Positions 62,601 to 64,000 of a DNA stretch of 64,000 nucleotides are shown one piece after another. The stretch comes from a bacterium. Its GTDB lineage: Bacteria > Electryoneota > RPQS01. The notes below the pieces were generated by a model that saw only the letters and a list, made by a program, of their open reading frames with translations, did not search any database and had not been told where the DNA came from. The DNA lies in contig DASXUQ010000014.1 of the NCBI GenBank assembly GCA_036504735.1, forward strand, positions 31,852 to 95,851. The letters run 5' to 3'. The first letter of the stretch is position 1. The number at the start of each line of letters is the position of its first letter. A program made the position numbers and the translations under genes.

Positions 62601-64000
62601 GCACGACCGCTACGAGAGCTATGCCCTCTATACCGGAGAAAGCAATGCGGCGGGCGAGCATGTCCTGGGAGTGCAATCTTTCCAGCCCGTCTTTCCTGAA
62701 TTTGCCGCCATACAACCGGGCCGAGTGGTTATTGACCGAGACGTCGCACTTCCCACGCCTATCGGATTTGCGGACAGCGTCATCGTTGAGCCGGGAGCTA
62801 CCCTCTTTCTTATCGCGCCCGACGATGCTCCGTCAAGCGAGGTGCAATTCTTCAATCAAGGCAGAGTCATTGTGAAATCCGGTGGCACGCTCCTGATCAA
62901 AGGGGCATCACCGAGCAAGCCGGTGCGGTTGAAGTCCGGCGACGGTGATCCATGGCGAGGCATTGAGCTAGAGGGCGGGCGTCTTCGTATCGAAAATGTG
63001 CACATGTTCGATTGCGACAATTTCTGCATTTCCGCGATTAAGCCGACAGGGACCGACACTCCGGTGGATATCCAGAATTGCTACTTCGACGGCAAGCGCC
63101 TGATCAAAGGCGCGGATGCGATCCGAGTCATCGGTGATGGAAAGGGCGTGGTCCGAATTGCCAATAGCCGGATTGACTCGGTAAAGAACGCGCGCGGGCT
63201 TTATCTCTTCAATTGCGTGGCAGACTTCAGCGGCGATACTATCCAGGGCTGCGACACGTCCAACACCTACCTGAAAAACGTCACAGGCTATTTCTCGGGC
63301 TGCCTGTTCCAGGGACGGTCCAATGGTCACGGCGTGGTGTTTGATGGCAGCAATTGCACTCCCAACTTCCAGTGCTGCACCTTCAAGAATCTGGCTCCGA
63401 CCAACGCCAACGGGAACGCCCTGCTGGCTCTGCAAGGCACCGGCCCAACCTTCGGCTGGGAAGGCGCCAGCAGCGGCGTCAGCAACGTGATCAGTGACTC
63501 GGCCAGCAGCCTACTGTACTTCTACAAGGACAAGGTGATGCCGATCATTGACAACGTCAACAAGAACGGCGGTCCCGGCGGCAAGAACGACTGGTACCAG
63601 CGCAAGGGCACGGGTCGCTATTTGTACTGGGACAAGACCATGTCCGGCGATAAGTATTCGGCAGAGAATCAGTACTGGAACAACGGGGTCAAGGACGCCT
63701 ACTTCAACCCCACTCCTGCACTGACCTACTTCGCACTGGACACCACGCAGAAGAACCCGTGGGGCCTCTGCGGTAGCGGTGGCAGCAGCAGCCAGGGAAT
63801 GGCCTTCCATGGTGGCTCTGTACGCGGCTCGGCCCGCAATGGCCAGGGACTGGACAATTTCGACGACGATCTGATCATGTTCTCCAATGCCCTGACCGCC
63901 GAAGTGGAAGGCGACTATGCTGGCGCTCAGGCTTCGTTCCACAGCGTGGTTGCGGCCACCGGCGATGACCAACTGCGCTGGCAGTCGCTGACGCACATCC
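59641..64000 (+). CDS. Very large secreted protein, 5' partial in this window. It has a gluzincin (HEYGH...EALREGVAD, M4/M36-like) metallopeptidase domain followed by beta-helix-like repeats.
   Basis: GGAGG RBS, ATG at 59641, signal peptide MRSTCLAVLLVFSMLLFQVSTSRA. Manual translation shows a continuous frame of more than 1450 codons to the window end. The ORF track omits it because no stop lies inside the window. Confidence 0.7.
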   Translation, partial: MRSTCLAVLLVFSMLLFQVSTSRAGVLVHETRSLNGVSVDYSNSNPQARLQSYRSALAPVFPELDVQTLEILDEFEDPTFGTPTVRLVQKYRGLTVQDAFTVIDLTKGHMGAFATSNFYKEVNLPDAGFLSQKDDSVALDRFARSFWPEIVADEQVWVLPIVLPMETSNPKDFQFHYSLNIASRQHGPARYYDWQTGTLLKESHRDAHANFLFDISHEVFDPTNHNYTLVDNEDCPGIGRAHLSDINEEDSWDCYDAVNGECSLDLEGIFLLNVCGQTEDVGIWLTGSDTENSFEYSDPWQTNAFTFAVPYGHDNTYSCDFASGWHGACEDDPAALYNLNHIARFMRDHFGAPRFTNAVTTQDQLTGGSTNSNVPAWASREAGHNVIMFGFDANIDIPGATTSKSKDVADHEYGHCFEFTCGYGDHGGGMEHEALREGVADFISASFANNHVIQRDAWSNGRYIYGYPERYCYPNMDQLEYEEHERGIIISSALWKMRENIAAYGQVPQGLDAGTYSLLLLCNALQHQPPGFAGIAEQILLHDDNIMGDNVIGNGSPNGQAIYDAFVMEYMIPVGMGINDPFHFYLGGFNYCDCDEGSAADCFPRVHSWDATTPSSSPNTGGTGFDMAYVDNGAVYYRWGIPDAEHVQDMLSMPHRLSFGYWGQSASKASISSSGQYVVWDEHYSGIDSYTHSHPCGRRITTDWGITDFDPLPSFWITPDNTHPVNSDPIAGPIMIDQLATPTMFFGVANSDHPVQENGVWYQRFNATDLTMVGTPIRVSGPGTSGVTSLSVCAGTETHPTVWVAWIEGGRVYCTYGRTGADGAITSWRATPYTLGEANRNPSNVCVAFSPEVGGIFVTWEEGPAGHPETRSVAIEKGYAVGYPPDYQFVADDIQYLNASPWWSIRNPVVASTNYWYTSFNPVNMAFEWNMHLPIPQGWWGYLWLDIDVICGLQLAVNEDHVSDPNDWEWSIPIFAGLGRSPNLYSPHDRYESYALYTGESNAAGEHVLGVQSFQPVFPEFAAIQPGRVVIDRDVALPTPIGFADSVIVEPGATLFLIAPDDAPSSEVQFFNQGRVIVKSGGTLLIKGASPSKPVRLKSGDGDPWRGIELEGGRLRIENVHMFDCDNFCISAIKPTGTDTPVDIQNCYFDGKRLIKGADAIRVIGDGKGVVRIANSRIDSVKNARGLYLFNCVADFSGDTIQGCDTSNTYLKNVTGYFSGCLFQGRSNGHGVVFDGSNCTPNFQCCTFKNLAPTNANGNALLALQGTGPTFGWEGASSGVSNVISDSASSLLYFYKDKVMPIIDNVNKNGGPGGKNDWYQRKGTGRYLYWDKTMSGDKYSAENQYWNNGVKDAYFNPTPALTYFALDTTQKNPWGLCGSGGSSSQGMAFHGGSVRGSARNGQGLDNFDDDLIMFSNALTAEVEGDYAGAQASFHSVVAATGDDQLRWQSLTHI

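Overview
The window is a 64-kb chromosomal segment from a high-GC (about 60%) bacterium. It secretes many proteins through a type IX secretion system (T9SS): at least four carry a C-terminal T9SS sorting domain, and a giant metalloprotease/beta-helix protein at the right edge probably does too (its C-terminus lies outside the window). Its promoters, however, are classical TTGACA-17-TATATT, not Bacteroidetes-type.

Contents, left to right:
- A secreted-protein gene on the minus strand, split across two reading frames at about 1816-1826.
- An FG-GAP-repeat T9SS cargo gene.
- A NUDIX hydrolase, followed by a composite repeat/hairpin element.
- An ABC-2 permease fused to a CPBP intramembrane protease.
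- An acyl-CoA synthetase, an MFS transporter and a D-2-hydroxyacid dehydrogenase.
- A subtilase T9SS cargo gene next to a FadL/PorV-like outer-membrane protein.
- A complete rRNA operon (16S, tRNA-Ile, tRNA-Ala, 23S, 5S) with tandem promoters and a rho-independent terminator.
- Two tandem GT39/PMT-like membrane glycosyltransferases, translationally coupled to a large outer-membrane beta-barrel protein.
- A SelW/Rdx-family selenoprotein gene with an in-frame TGA (CxxU motif) that the ORF track truncated.
- A beta-helix T9SS cargo gene.
- A signalling module: lipoprotein, GAF sigma-54 activator, and Ser/Thr kinase with PEGA domains.
- A gldA/gldF/gldG-like ABC cluster, then DUF4340, then a TMTC-like GT-C/TPR membrane protein.
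- A heterodimeric ABC exporter pair.
- A compact housekeeping operon: gatC, kdsB, pyrG, an IDH-family gene, kdsA, folB, folK, a deoxynucleoside kinase, a 59-aa small membrane protein missed by the ORF caller, and ridA.
- Proline dehydrogenase.
- An orphan beta-class DNA methyltransferase flanked by a triple hairpin.
- A threonine-catabolic operon: tdh, two paralogous APC permeases with a novel C-terminal cytoplasmic domain, and kbl.
- A solo IS1/InsA-like zinc-ribbon/HTH ORF next to tRNA-Pro, followed by a low-GC spacer and two more T9SS cargo genes.

No CRISPR array and no intact transposase were found. The many long ORFs antisense to recognisable genes are high-GC artefacts.
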